Counted from the stretch's first letter, positions 38,847 through 47,379 are shown. The stretch: 64,000 nt of DNA from Dehalococcoidia bacterium (GCA_965232435.1 CBDDPU010000004.1:2556423-2620422); one strand, 5' to 3'. Notes: generated from the letters alone by a model not told the origin. Translations and numbers: made by a program.

Positions 38847-39485
38847 GTGAGCATCAAGCTGCGCATTGGCATCCTCGTCGTGGGCTCAATTTTTATTATG
38901 GGCCTGGTAGCCCTCCTAGCTTGGAGTCTGTCGAACAGGGCTTCCATCACCGGCCTCAGTGGCTTTACACGGGTTAACCAACCCGCTCCCGACTTCCACC
39001 TGGAACTGCTCGATGACGGCGCGGTAACACTGGCAGAACAGCGGGGCAAGATAGTAATTGTCAACTTCTGGGCCTCGGCATGTCCTCCTTGTCGTACCGA
39101 GGCCCGCGCCTTGGAGAGCGCTTGGAAAGCCTACCGGGACAAGAACGTTCTCTTCATCGGCGCGAACATCCAAGACAGCCAAGAACCCGCCAAACGGTTT
39201 ATCCAAGAATTTGGCGTTACGTATCCAAACGGCCTCGACCAGGATGGGCGGATATCGATCGACTATGGCGTCGTCGGCATCCCCGTCACTTTTGTAGTGG
39301 ACGGCAAGGGAATAGTCGCTCGCAGATGGGTAGGCCAGATTGACATCGATCAACTTACGGTCTGGATCGATGAGCTTCTCGACGGGAAACCGACTGACGA
39401 AGAAGAGACGGAGGGCTTCGACAAAGATAGCTACTACCGACTGGATGAGTTACAGACGACCACTAGGGACCCCGCCGTACCGTAA
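38847..39485 (+). CDS. TlpA/ResA-like membrane-anchored thiol-disulfide oxidoreductase
   Basis: N-terminal TM helix and thioredoxin-fold motif VNFWASACPPCRTE (CxxC). Confidence 0.8.
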   Translation: MSIKLRIGILVVGSIFIMGLVALLAWSLSNRASITGLSGFTRVNQPAPDFHLELLDDGAVTLAEQRGKIVIVNFWASACPPCRTEARALESAWKAYRDKNVLFIGANIQDSQEPAKRFIQEFGVTYPNGLDQDGRISIDYGVVGIPVTFVVDGKGIVARRWVGQIDIDQLTVWIDELLDGKPTDEEETEGFDKDSYYRLDELQTTTRDPAVP

Positions 39486-41499
39486 GCATGAACTTGGACA
39501 GGTGCCGCGTGTTCCGGGCAAGCGGTGAGACGACCACGGCCATGTCGAGCGTTTCTTCCCCCAATCCGCTCACCTCTATTGAGCCCCGCCTGTCATTGTC
39601 GATCTCCACTCGTCGAATGACTTCTGCCCCACCGCGCCGACGCTCAATGACGAGCACAACGTAATCCACGGGTACAACGTTATCTATACGTTCAAAGCCC
39701 CGCGCGTCCCATCCCCCATCCCTCGCGGCGTCGTCGAGAAAACCTATCTCGGGTATGGCAATGTCGTCGATTGCGAACCCGTCTTGGTACACGGCCGCGT
39801 CGGTTATGTACTCGAAACGGATGAGTATCTTCGATCCCACGAATGGCGTGAGGTCGATACGCTCCTTGAGCCATCCGGTCGACGTTCCCGTGTAGCCATG
39901 TCCATAGCTGTTGCCTAGAGGATTCTCGTCAGTCGTATGCTCGCCCGGCAAAATGGTCCAAGTCTCGCCGCCGTCTACCGATACCTGAACATACGCATAG
40001 TCCCAGTCCTCCTCAATGTCGAGCCACACCATGAACTCCAGCGTCGCGGATGAATGGCCCGTGAGGTCGAACTCGCGAGTAAGCGTCGTATCAATCGAGT
40101 CGCCGCGATTGCCCCACCAACACCATTCCCCGCTGCTGCATTTGGCCGCGATGCTGCGTGTAGTGTCGTCACCTTGGAATTCGAGGACGTAGTCTCCTCG
40201 TAGCCCTCCCAAATCGAAGTACCTCGAAGCGTAGGGGGCGAGATAACCCGTCGTTTCGCCGGGTTGGTCAATACGGCTGACCCGGGAGACCTTTAGCTGC
40301 CGCTGAGAGTACCCGTAAGGCCCGGTCTCGGAATCGAGATAATTGGCGGCTATCCAATCGGCGTAAACCATGTCGAAGGTCGTTGAATACGGACGAAGGA
40401 AGGCGTTAATCCCTTCGATCCCGTCGGCGGGGTGCGCGATGAGCTCTCTCATACTATCTGCGGAACCATAGTGTTCAATCAGATAGAGCAGGAAAAGCGT
40501 TGCGGCCCCGTAATGGGGGATACTCTCGCGCCCTTCCACCCAAAACGTTAGCTGAGTCGACGGCTTGTTCAAAAAGGCGTCGATGAAACTCGGGGAATAA
40601 CCAACGAGTTCCGTCGCCACTTCCGACATCCCTTCATTGACCCAAGCTTCCTCACCCTGATCGTTCGCCCAGTGTATGGCGTGCTGAAGCTCATGGGCGA
40701 GTACTTTCATGTACTCACGTGATCCGGGGCGCAGCCCCGCCCCGTCCATGAAAAGCATTTCTCGCTCGTTACTGTATGGGTACGTGTGACGCAAAAATTC
40801 ATTGCGAGCGTCGAAATACCCCGCCACACCTCCGGCGAGGTCCGTATGAAGAACGGTCAACCTCGGATCTCCGTCCACGCCAGGGTTCCACACGTCCCCA
40901 AATGCCTCCAGCAACTTGGGTCGAATGCTGCTTTCGTACTCATCCGCGGCGGCCTGCAAGTCTTGCTCCCGCAAATTCAGCACGTCATCCACGTACCAGT
41001 AGGCGTTCGGGGTAACAATCTCTAGGATAGCTTCGATTACATATGTCCTGTTGGAATCTATGTCCGTGACGAAGAATTCCTGCCGATGCCCAACTTGCCG
41101 ATCCGCCGGAGCGAACCGCGCGACGCGATTCGCTCCCAGTGGCGCTCCACCGAGTCGCTCGGCCAGAGCTTGCAAGTCGCGCTCCGGTAGCTCTTGCGGT
41201 AGACTTCGCGGTTGCGGCAAAGACACATGAGGAATCGCCGTTGCCGTTGGCTGGGGGCGTGGCGTCGCCGTGGGCGCAGGAACGACGGTTGCCGTAAGAA
41301 GCGCGACCGAATTGGGAGATACGCTGGGCTCAACGTAAGGTGTCGGGATTACAATCGTTTCACCGGCTGGCTGCGGTTCAGGCGAAGACCCCGTCTCCCC
41401 ACACGTAACGGTTGTCAGCGACGCCCAGACGCCCCCCGCGAAGAGAATATACGCGAGGAACCGGCTCCTTGAACCCGAACGGTCAGAGTGATTTCGCAA
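39463..41499 (-). CDS. Secreted lipoprotein zinc metallopeptidase (HExxH...NEG gluzincin type) with InhA/M6-like C-terminal beta domain
   Basis: Lipobox LTTVTC. VLAHELQHAIHWANDQGEEAWVNEGMSE gives HExxH plus a downstream Glu. C-terminal DYAYVQVSVDGGETWTIL...FAIDDIAI. The 3' end overlaps the convergent tlpA-like gene by 23 nt. Confidence 0.65.
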   Translation of the reverse strand: MRNHSDRSGSRSRFLAYILFAGGVWASLTTVTCGETGSSPEPQPAGETIVIPTPYVEPSVSPNSVALLTATVVPAPTATPRPQPTATAIPHVSLPQPRSLPQELPERDLQALAERLGGAPLGANRVARFAPADRQVGHRQEFFVTDIDSNRTYVIEAILEIVTPNAYWYVDDVLNLREQDLQAAADEYESSIRPKLLEAFGDVWNPGVDGDPRLTVLHTDLAGGVAGYFDARNEFLRHTYPYSNEREMLFMDGAGLRPGSREYMKVLAHELQHAIHWANDQGEEAWVNEGMSEVATELVGYSPSFIDAFLNKPSTQLTFWVEGRESIPHYGAATLFLLYLIEHYGSADSMRELIAHPADGIEGINAFLRPYSTTFDMVYADWIAANYLDSETGPYGYSQRQLKVSRVSRIDQPGETTGYLAPYASRYFDLGGLRGDYVLEFQGDDTTRSIAAKCSSGEWCWWGNRGDSIDTTLTREFDLTGHSSATLEFMVWLDIEEDWDYAYVQVSVDGGETWTILPGEHTTDENPLGNSYGHGYTGTSTGWLKERIDLTPFVGSKILIRFEYITDAAVYQDGFAIDDIAIPEIGFLDDAARDGGWDARGFERIDNVVPVDYVVLVIERRRGGAEVIRRVEIDNDRRGSIEVSGLGEETLDMAVVVSPLARNTRHLSKFMLTVRRGP

Positions 41500-41593
41500 G
41501 AGTCTCCCCGACTAATACACCGAAACGCTTTGCAAACCGACCCGCCGCCGTCGATTCCCGTCGGAGCTTCTCTGCCGTCGAGCTATGATGAAC

Positions 41594-42553
41594 CTACGCC
41601 ACGGACTTGATCAACTTCTGCATCGACCGCAATTCGCGCGGCGGGTCCATGAGCCGACCGTAATCGCTGTACGATACTTCGGCAACGTAGATGTCACCTT
41701 TTGAATCAACTGCAATGCCATGCGGCGAGTAGAACCGCCCGGGCTGGTCGCCGTAGCTCTCTCGTCCCACTCGCGCCAAAAGAGTCCCATCCGTCTGATA
41801 GATGGACACGCGCGGCCCCAGATCAGCGCCAATAGCATTGGACGCGATCCCTGCGAAATACTCCCCAACGTAGACAATGTCGCTCTCACCCCGTCTGTCG
41901 ATATACACGGCGGCCGCTCGCGACATGTTCACCCACTGCGTCTCATAGTTGCCGTTTTCGTCGAATATCTGCACGCGATGATTCTCGCGGTCTCCAATGT
42001 AGATGTACCCGTCACGATCAATGTCGATGTTGTGCACAATGTTAAGCTGTCCTTCATCGGTGCCGGACTCACCCCACGTTCCTAGATAGTTCCCTTCCGG
42101 ATCGTACTTATGAACGTGAGCGTTGGCGTACCCGTCGGCAACGAAAATATTGCCGTTGCGCGGATCGACGCCGACGTGGGTCGGACGCCCAAACGGCTTG
42201 CCGCTCATGGGAGGCGCAGGATTACCGGGCTCTCCCAGAGTGAAGAGCAGCTTCCCGTCGGTTGTAAGCTTTCTAACGGTGGAGTCGCCGGTGTCCACGC
42301 AGAACACCGAGTCGTCGGGGCCGATTGTGATCCCGTGCGGCGTGTCGAAGATGTCCTCACCCCAGGACCGTAAGAATTTACCGTCGGCGTCGAACACGAT
42401 GACCGGATGCCCACCTCGATTGTAGACATAGACGTTGTCCCTGCTGTCGACCGCCACCGCCGTAGCTTCTTGGTAAACCCAGCCTTCGGGCAGTTCACCC
42501 CAATTGGAACCGGAAACTTCATACACGTAATCGCCGCTGCCAAGCTGTGCCAT
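41594..42553 (-). CDS. NHL-repeat six-bladed propeller, peptidylglycine-amidating-lyase-like (paralog 1)
   Basis: Repeated NHL-type blades (DSRDNVYVYNRGGHPVIVFD, PHGITIGPDDSVFCVD, PTHVGVDPRNGNIFVAD, IDRDGYIYIGDRENHRVQIFD, PHGIAVDSKGDIYVAE). Confidence 0.8.
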   Translation of the reverse strand: MAQLGSGDYVYEVSGSNWGELPEGWVYQEATAVAVDSRDNVYVYNRGGHPVIVFDADGKFLRSWGEDIFDTPHGITIGPDDSVFCVDTGDSTVRKLTTDGKLLFTLGEPGNPAPPMSGKPFGRPTHVGVDPRNGNIFVADGYANAHVHKYDPEGNYLGTWGESGTDEGQLNIVHNIDIDRDGYIYIGDRENHRVQIFDENGNYETQWVNMSRAAAVYIDRRGESDIVYVGEYFAGIASNAIGADLGPRVSIYQTDGTLLARVGRESYGDQPGRFYSPHGIAVDSKGDIYVAEVSYSDYGRLMDPPRELRSMQKLIKSVA

Positions 42554-42582
42554 TGGTTATCTCTTCCTTTTCAAGCGTAGTG

Positions 42583-43320
42583 TTAGCGAGCCAGTTCAAG
42601 CAAGACCGGCACACCCATATCAAGGTACTTCTGGCGAGTATCAGGAGTGTTGTTGCGATGAACGAGCTTGGTGTCGGTGCCCTCAAGCTGCTTCAGAACG
42701 TGCTTCACGCAGTCATCGACGGTTTGGAACGGGTGGTTGGGGTGAATCTCAATGTCGAGCGTGAGATCCATCGGCCCGAAGGAAAGGCAATCGACGCCCG
42801 GTTTGGCCAGGATGTGGGCGTTGGAGACTGAATGCAGAGACTCGATCTGAATCCACAGTACGCCGGTCGAGTTCCACCACTTGCGATAGGCCACGTGATC
42901 GCCGCCCCGTTTTTCAAACCCCAACCGAGTTCTTCCACCCCAACTTCGGACACCGTCCGGAATATAGTAAAAGTTCCCGACCGCCTCGTCGACCGTCTCT
43001 TCCGACTCGACTTGCGGCACCTCGACGCCGGTGGGCCCGAGATCGAGATAGTTGCCAATGAGATACGTGTGACGAGTGTGCTTTATACGAAACTGAACGT
43101 GAATCCCGATTTCGGCAGCCATCTCACAGAATGCAACGATGGTCTCCTCGTTAAAGGCGGTGTGCTGACTGTCCGTGCTGACGAAATCGTATGGGCCCGA
43201 AGCGATGATGTCTTCGAGACGCCCCTTCGATGTTTTGGGAGAAACACTCACGCCGAGCAACTGTTCGCCCGCATGGATTCGCTGTTTCAGGGTGAGCGCA
43301 CTCGAATTCGTCGGTTCCAT
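42583..43320 (-). CDS. HpcH/HpaI-family aldolase
   Basis: YDFVSTDSQHTAFNEE...LDLGPTGVEVPQVESEETVDEAV...YIPDGVRSWGG fits the HpcH/HpaI pattern. Trimmed to the ATG at 43320; the upstream 43 codons look non-coding. Confidence 0.75.
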   Translation of the reverse strand: MEPTNSSALTLKQRIHAGEQLLGVSVSPKTSKGRLEDIIASGPYDFVSTDSQHTAFNEETIVAFCEMAAEIGIHVQFRIKHTRHTYLIGNYLDLGPTGVEVPQVESEETVDEAVGNFYYIPDGVRSWGGRTRLGFEKRGGDHVAYRKWWNSTGVLWIQIESLHSVSNAHILAKPGVDCLSFGPMDLTLDIEIHPNHPFQTVDDCVKHVLKQLEGTDTKLVHRNNTPDTRQKYLDMGVPVLLELAR

Positions 43321-43347
43321 GTGATGCGATACCTCTATGTGTCTGAA

Positions 43348-43365
43348 ATACAACGTACATTGTAT
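43348..43365. promoter_or_regulatory. 18-bp palindrome (operator candidate overlapping a -10-like TACAAT)
   Basis: atacaacgtacattgtat: 16 of 18 positions are self-complementary. Lies 28-45 nt upstream of the aldolase ATG. On the minus strand, TAGACC, 17 nt, then TACAAT forms a promoter-like pair. Confidence 0.35.
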
Positions 43366-43486
43366 GGCGTTTATGCTTCGAGGTCTAGGCGGCCCAGGTT
43401 CACCCTTTCGGATCCGCTTCCAAAACCGTCCCTTCTCGAACTCCTCCACACCCGTTCACGTGCGAATGGCAACCTCACGAAGCAAA

Positions 43487-43548
43487 TCCCCCGTGAAAAC
43501 GGGGAACCGGGAGCGGGCATCCACGGCGCAAAGGGTATTCATCTCACT
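43487..43548 (-). other. Conserved 5'-leader-like element, copy B (core 43519-43547)
   Basis: 27/29 identity to 9311-9339. Followed on the minus strand by hairpin UUCCCCG-UUUUCA-CGGGGGA, then AUUUG. A G-U wobble makes the hairpin complete only on the minus-strand transcript. Confidence 0.5.
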
Positions 43549-43656
43549 AACCCTCAACATGTGCACCCCGTCTCTTGAATTTGACTGAGGTGAACATACA
43601 TTCTATTCTAGAAGAGCCCAGCATTGGGGCCGGCGAAACTACCCGTCTGAAAGTGG

Positions 43657-43686
43657 TATGTCAGGTTATGTCAGGAAATGTCAGGT
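43657..43686. repeat. Three tandem 10-bp direct repeats (TATGTCAGGT TATGTCAGGA AATGTCAGGT)
   Basis: atgtcagg occurs at 43658, 43668 and 43678, an exact 10-nt period, in the divergent intergenic region. A degenerate ctgtcaga lies at 43706. Confidence 0.6.
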
Positions 43687-43854
43687 TAAACAAGACCCCC
43701 CCCACCTGTCAGACCCGGTGGTGCCACATCGGTTAAGAGAGAAGCGCTGCCGCAAATCATAACTGCCCGGAATCCGGGAGAGACCCCCCCACGAATACAT
43801 TGTCATACTCCCGCCACCGCCGTTTCCATATGGTAAACTTTCATTCTGCGCGCT

Positions 43855-44514
43855 ATGAATTTGATCCTGATACGACACGCGGAAAGTACGGCGAACGCCG
43901 AGGGACGTTGGCAAGGGCGAGCGGACTTCCCTCTGTCGGAGACTGGACGCCGGCAAGCAGGCAGCCTCAAGTCAAGGCTGCGGAAAGAAGAATACTCTCC
44001 GACCCACATCTACAGCAGCCCGCTTAGCCGAGTCCACGAAACGGCGCGAATCGCCTCTTCGAACTGGAACCTTCCCATACACTCCTGGGACGACCTCATG
44101 GAGCACGATGTCGGAGCGTTCTCCGGGCTAACGTGGGCTGAACTCGAAGAACGGTTTCCTGAAGCCCTCCGCGAATTCAACGAGACTCGCAGCTTTGATG
44201 TCATTGAAGACGCGGAAACCCATGACGAAATAACCGCTCGCGCACAGCGCGTTATCGACGACCTGATACGAAAGCACGACAACTCGGACCGAATCCTCAT
44301 ATTCTCCCACGGCGGGATCTTGACTCATGTCATTAATCAATTGCTCGGCGCAAACCGCCTATGGCTCCTCAGCATTCGCAACACGGCGATTTTTGAATTC
44401 ACCTTCGATGTGGACATCTGGCACGCGGATGACCGGACCGCTGTCAACGGCGGCCAATGGCATATCCACCGGTTCAATGATGCAAGTCACCTTGACGGCG
44501 ACGAGACCCGCTGA
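43855..44514 (+). CDS. Histidine phosphatase (phosphoglycerate-mutase-like) family protein
   Basis: LILIRHAESTANAEGRWQGRADFPLSETGRRQA contains the RHG-type catalytic motif. A second His lies in IFSHGG. Confidence 0.85.
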   Translation: MNLILIRHAESTANAEGRWQGRADFPLSETGRRQAGSLKSRLRKEEYSPTHIYSSPLSRVHETARIASSNWNLPIHSWDDLMEHDVGAFSGLTWAELEERFPEALREFNETRSFDVIEDAETHDEITARAQRVIDDLIRKHDNSDRILIFSHGGILTHVINQLLGANRLWLLSIRNTAIFEFTFDVDIWHADDRTAVNGGQWHIHRFNDASHLDGDETR

Positions 44515-44565
44515 TGATTATTGACTGCCGAAGTGTCCCCCGCTGAGCGATAGGCCGTAAGCGCG

Positions 44566-46041
44566 TTAGCCGAGGAAGAGACGAAGGTGGGCGGCCTCCT
44601 GAATGTAGTGGTCGATCTCAACGGCTGTGCTGTCGCGGCTGAGACTTGCCCATATTGCGCTCGTTAGTCCCTCGTGGACTCGGTCTAGATCGTCCGTAAA
44701 CCGACGCAGCAAGCTCAAGTAAGGTTCGCCAAGCAACTCTCCAACATGTCGCTCATTGGCGAAGCGCAGGGCCGCGCGAAGGTCATCGTCCACGCTGGGA
44801 TAAAATTCTCGAATGAAGGCAAAGTCGTTCTCATCGAGGGAGGCCAGACCCAGCAGTTCAGGTGGCACACCGATGGAGTAGAGGGAAGCAGTGAATCCAA
44901 TGGCGCGGGGAAGGGTCACCCCGCCAACCCCGCCGAGAGAACGACCGTAGCCGAAGAGTCCGACGTGCATCTTACGCTCTCGCCGTTTGGGCACATGGGG
45001 CGATACGGTCTTAATCACGTCGGTAAGTCGCCGCACGAGCGACTGATACTCAGTCGTTGTCTTGTCGATTATCTCGACCGCCCGCTCCGGCGCAATCGCC
45101 GACGGTTCCTCCCGCTCACGAGCCTGTATCTTTGCAATGCCGGCCCGGATAACCTCCTTATCATAGTCGTACTTGAAGGCGGATTGCACGGTTAACGTAT
45201 GCGCAGAGGGGTACTCGGTGAAAGCGCGCTCGACATTCACCGGAGTCAGGTGACCACGAAACGGTACGGATCCGGCCCCGATTATGGGATAAAGTGGCAG
45301 CCCCAGTTTTCGTTCAAGGTTGTGGAGACGAAGCAAACCGATTTTCAAGATTAGCTCAGCTCCCACAATGCCATAATTGAGCGCAGGGTCGCTTCGCGCA
45401 AAGAATACTCGCTGGAATGATATGTCCCTGTCCCGAACATACTCCTCGACAATGCGGTCGCAATTGAGTATGTGCTCCATGTCCTCGATGAGCGGAATCA
45501 CGCGAACGCGCTTTGGTAAGAATTCTCCCACCCAGTCCTTTACGGACTGGCCGCCGAGGAGAGTACGGTCCTCTTGACCAACAATGATCTTTCGATAGTA
45601 CGCCTCAACCAAGGACAGTTCCTCGGCCGAGGTGGTCATGGGAAGAATAACCTCCTGGATGGGAGCGGCATCGATATCACCGTAGAAACCTTGCGACGTA
45701 TCCCACGCCGAAGGCACACTCTGGAGCGCCTCAACCATCGACTTGCGCATGTCTCGCTCAATACGCGGATTCGGCACACGCAAGGTCAGCGCGATGTCAC
45801 GGCCCAGACGGCGCCCGGAATTGAAGAATTCAGGGTAATTCGTCAACAGCTTCCGTACGACCTGATTATCGGCCTCCTTCCCCTCGGAATCCCACATCTG
45901 CTCGTCGCACCCCAAGGCGAAGACGCTGACCGCCTCAGCCACTTCCCCTTCCCCCTTCACCACACCCGCGTCGTCGGCAAAAGGAGCCGGCGTCGCGTTA
46001 TCCGGATGCTGAGTACTCATCACTTTTGGGATCAAGGACAT
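44566..46041 (-). CDS. ppcA: Archaeal-type phosphoenolpyruvate carboxylase
   Basis: N-terminus IPKVMSTQHPDN is characteristic of the short (about 500 aa) PepcA family, as opposed to the roughly 900-aa bacterial Ppc. Confidence 0.8.
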   Translation of the reverse strand: MSLIPKVMSTQHPDNATPAPFADDAGVVKGEGEVAEAVSVFALGCDEQMWDSEGKEADNQVVRKLLTNYPEFFNSGRRLGRDIALTLRVPNPRIERDMRKSMVEALQSVPSAWDTSQGFYGDIDAAPIQEVILPMTTSAEELSLVEAYYRKIIVGQEDRTLLGGQSVKDWVGEFLPKRVRVIPLIEDMEHILNCDRIVEEYVRDRDISFQRVFFARSDPALNYGIVGAELILKIGLLRLHNLERKLGLPLYPIIGAGSVPFRGHLTPVNVERAFTEYPSAHTLTVQSAFKYDYDKEVIRAGIAKIQAREREEPSAIAPERAVEIIDKTTTEYQSLVRRLTDVIKTVSPHVPKRRERKMHVGLFGYGRSLGGVGGVTLPRAIGFTASLYSIGVPPELLGLASLDENDFAFIREFYPSVDDDLRAALRFANERHVGELLGEPYLSLLRRFTDDLDRVHEGLTSAIWASLSRDSTAVEIDHYIQEAAHLRLFLG

Positions 46042-46253
46042 GGCTTGGCATCCTTACTCAAAAACTGCAAGATGTGCCACTCGGTTGAGTTGAGGCAGGC
46101 TTGATTGTAACAACACAGTCAACGCTGGGAATGGCGCGCTGTGACGGAAATGACAACCTTTCGTGCGGAGCGGTCGATTGTGAAAGTAACAAATGATGTA
46201 TACGGGAGGATGGGCAATGAGCCAAGTTCGCTGAAAAGCGGATGATCGGGCCG

Positions 46254-47254
46254 CTAGTCGTCATCATTGATGTAGACGCCCTGAACCTCCGAGGCGAACC
46301 CCTCGTAGCAGGTGTAATAGACGCAAAAGATGCGACCGTCTGGAAGCCGAACGGCAGAGGGGTAACCACAATTCCAGTCCGTGCCCCGGTAGACTTGCGC
46401 GGCATATGCCCAATTGACGCCGCCGTCGACCGTTGTGCTCACGCTTACGCCGGGGCGTCGCGGATCACGGTCGCGATAGAAGCAGGCGATGGCCCCGGAC
46501 CGCAGACCGAAGAGGAACGGAGTCTGTCCTTGGAATGGCAAAGGGAGAGGAACCGTCCATGTCCGGCCTTCATCAGGCGAGTAGGATAGAAAACTGTCGA
46601 ACGGCGGATCCTGAGTGCGGATCACAGCCATAAAGCGACCGTCCGACATTCTCGCTATCGCCGGCTCGTAGAACATGATCCTGCGCGAACGAGCCACAAC
46701 CGTTTTGTTCCCCCATGTCAGACCCATGTCTGAAGAGAACGCAACGGCGGCATAAGTATTCCCGCCGGGCTCGTCTGCCCCATAGATCGGGAGCATCCAG
46801 TCACCGTCGCTTGTCATCAGTGCGTGGCCCATGCAGTGTGGCTCGGTGAATGTCCCAAAGAGGGCGAGTTCCTTGCCCATGGGCCCCCACGTGAGCCCTC
46901 CGTCCACGGAACGGATTGGGTGAACATGGGATTCCGCTGCGTCCACTCGCCGCGCCTTCATGACGAACATAACGAGGTCGTCATCAGGCGTTAGCGCCAT
47001 GCGATTGCCGCCGCTGCAGTCCCAGCCGGGCACGGCAGCGACGGGATGCGGCTCCGACCAAGTGACCCCCCAGTCGGATGATCGAGTTGTGACCCCGCGC
47101 CGTCGTCGATCATGGCGTGAGCGCCCACCGGGTGTCGACTGGCCAGTCGGTACCCGACAAGAAGCTCGCCATTTGGCAGCAATTGGACGCCAGGCAACGC
47201 TCTGGAACGAGGGTCGGGCCCACCTGCAATGAGAACCCTGTCGATTACTTTCAT
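46254..47254 (-). pseudogene. BNR-repeat sialidase-like beta-propeller gene with a 1-nt frame disruption
   Basis: Frame A (ATG 47254: MKVIDRVLIAGGPDP...HAMIDDGAG) joins frame B (VTTRSSDWGVTWSEP..., five SxDxGxTW repeats) at the G4 run, which is c4 at 47093-47096 on the plus strand. The frame-B N-terminal extension to 47453 is compositionally junk. Confidence 0.6.
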
Positions 47255-47379
47255 CTAACGCATTCCGCGGAGACGCCCCCTCCGAATCCTGCGTGAACCT
47301 GAGAACGCCCGAAAAGCATCCCGGAAGGAGAAATATGTCGAGTCGTTCGGCGACCCGTCTCAACGTAGAGATGGCTGCC

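Noticed and set aside
43321-43449. N-terminal extension (MEEFEKGRFWKRIRKGEPGPP...) of the aldolase ORF
   Set aside because: It starts at a GTG without an RBS and has a Pro/Arg-rich composition. The region contains a palindrome and promoter-like hexamers. The family-typical N-terminus begins at the ATG at 43320.
43487-43590. Possible TPP (THI-box) riboswitch: minus strand reads GGGGTGC...GTGAGA..ATACCCTTTG
   Set aside because: Only the 5' half resembles the THI element. The conserved 3' half (CCTGATCTGGATAATGCCAGCGTAGGGA) and the P3 hairpin are absent. Copy A at 9259-9340 lacks the upstream GGGGTGC, and the downstream genes are not thiamine-related.
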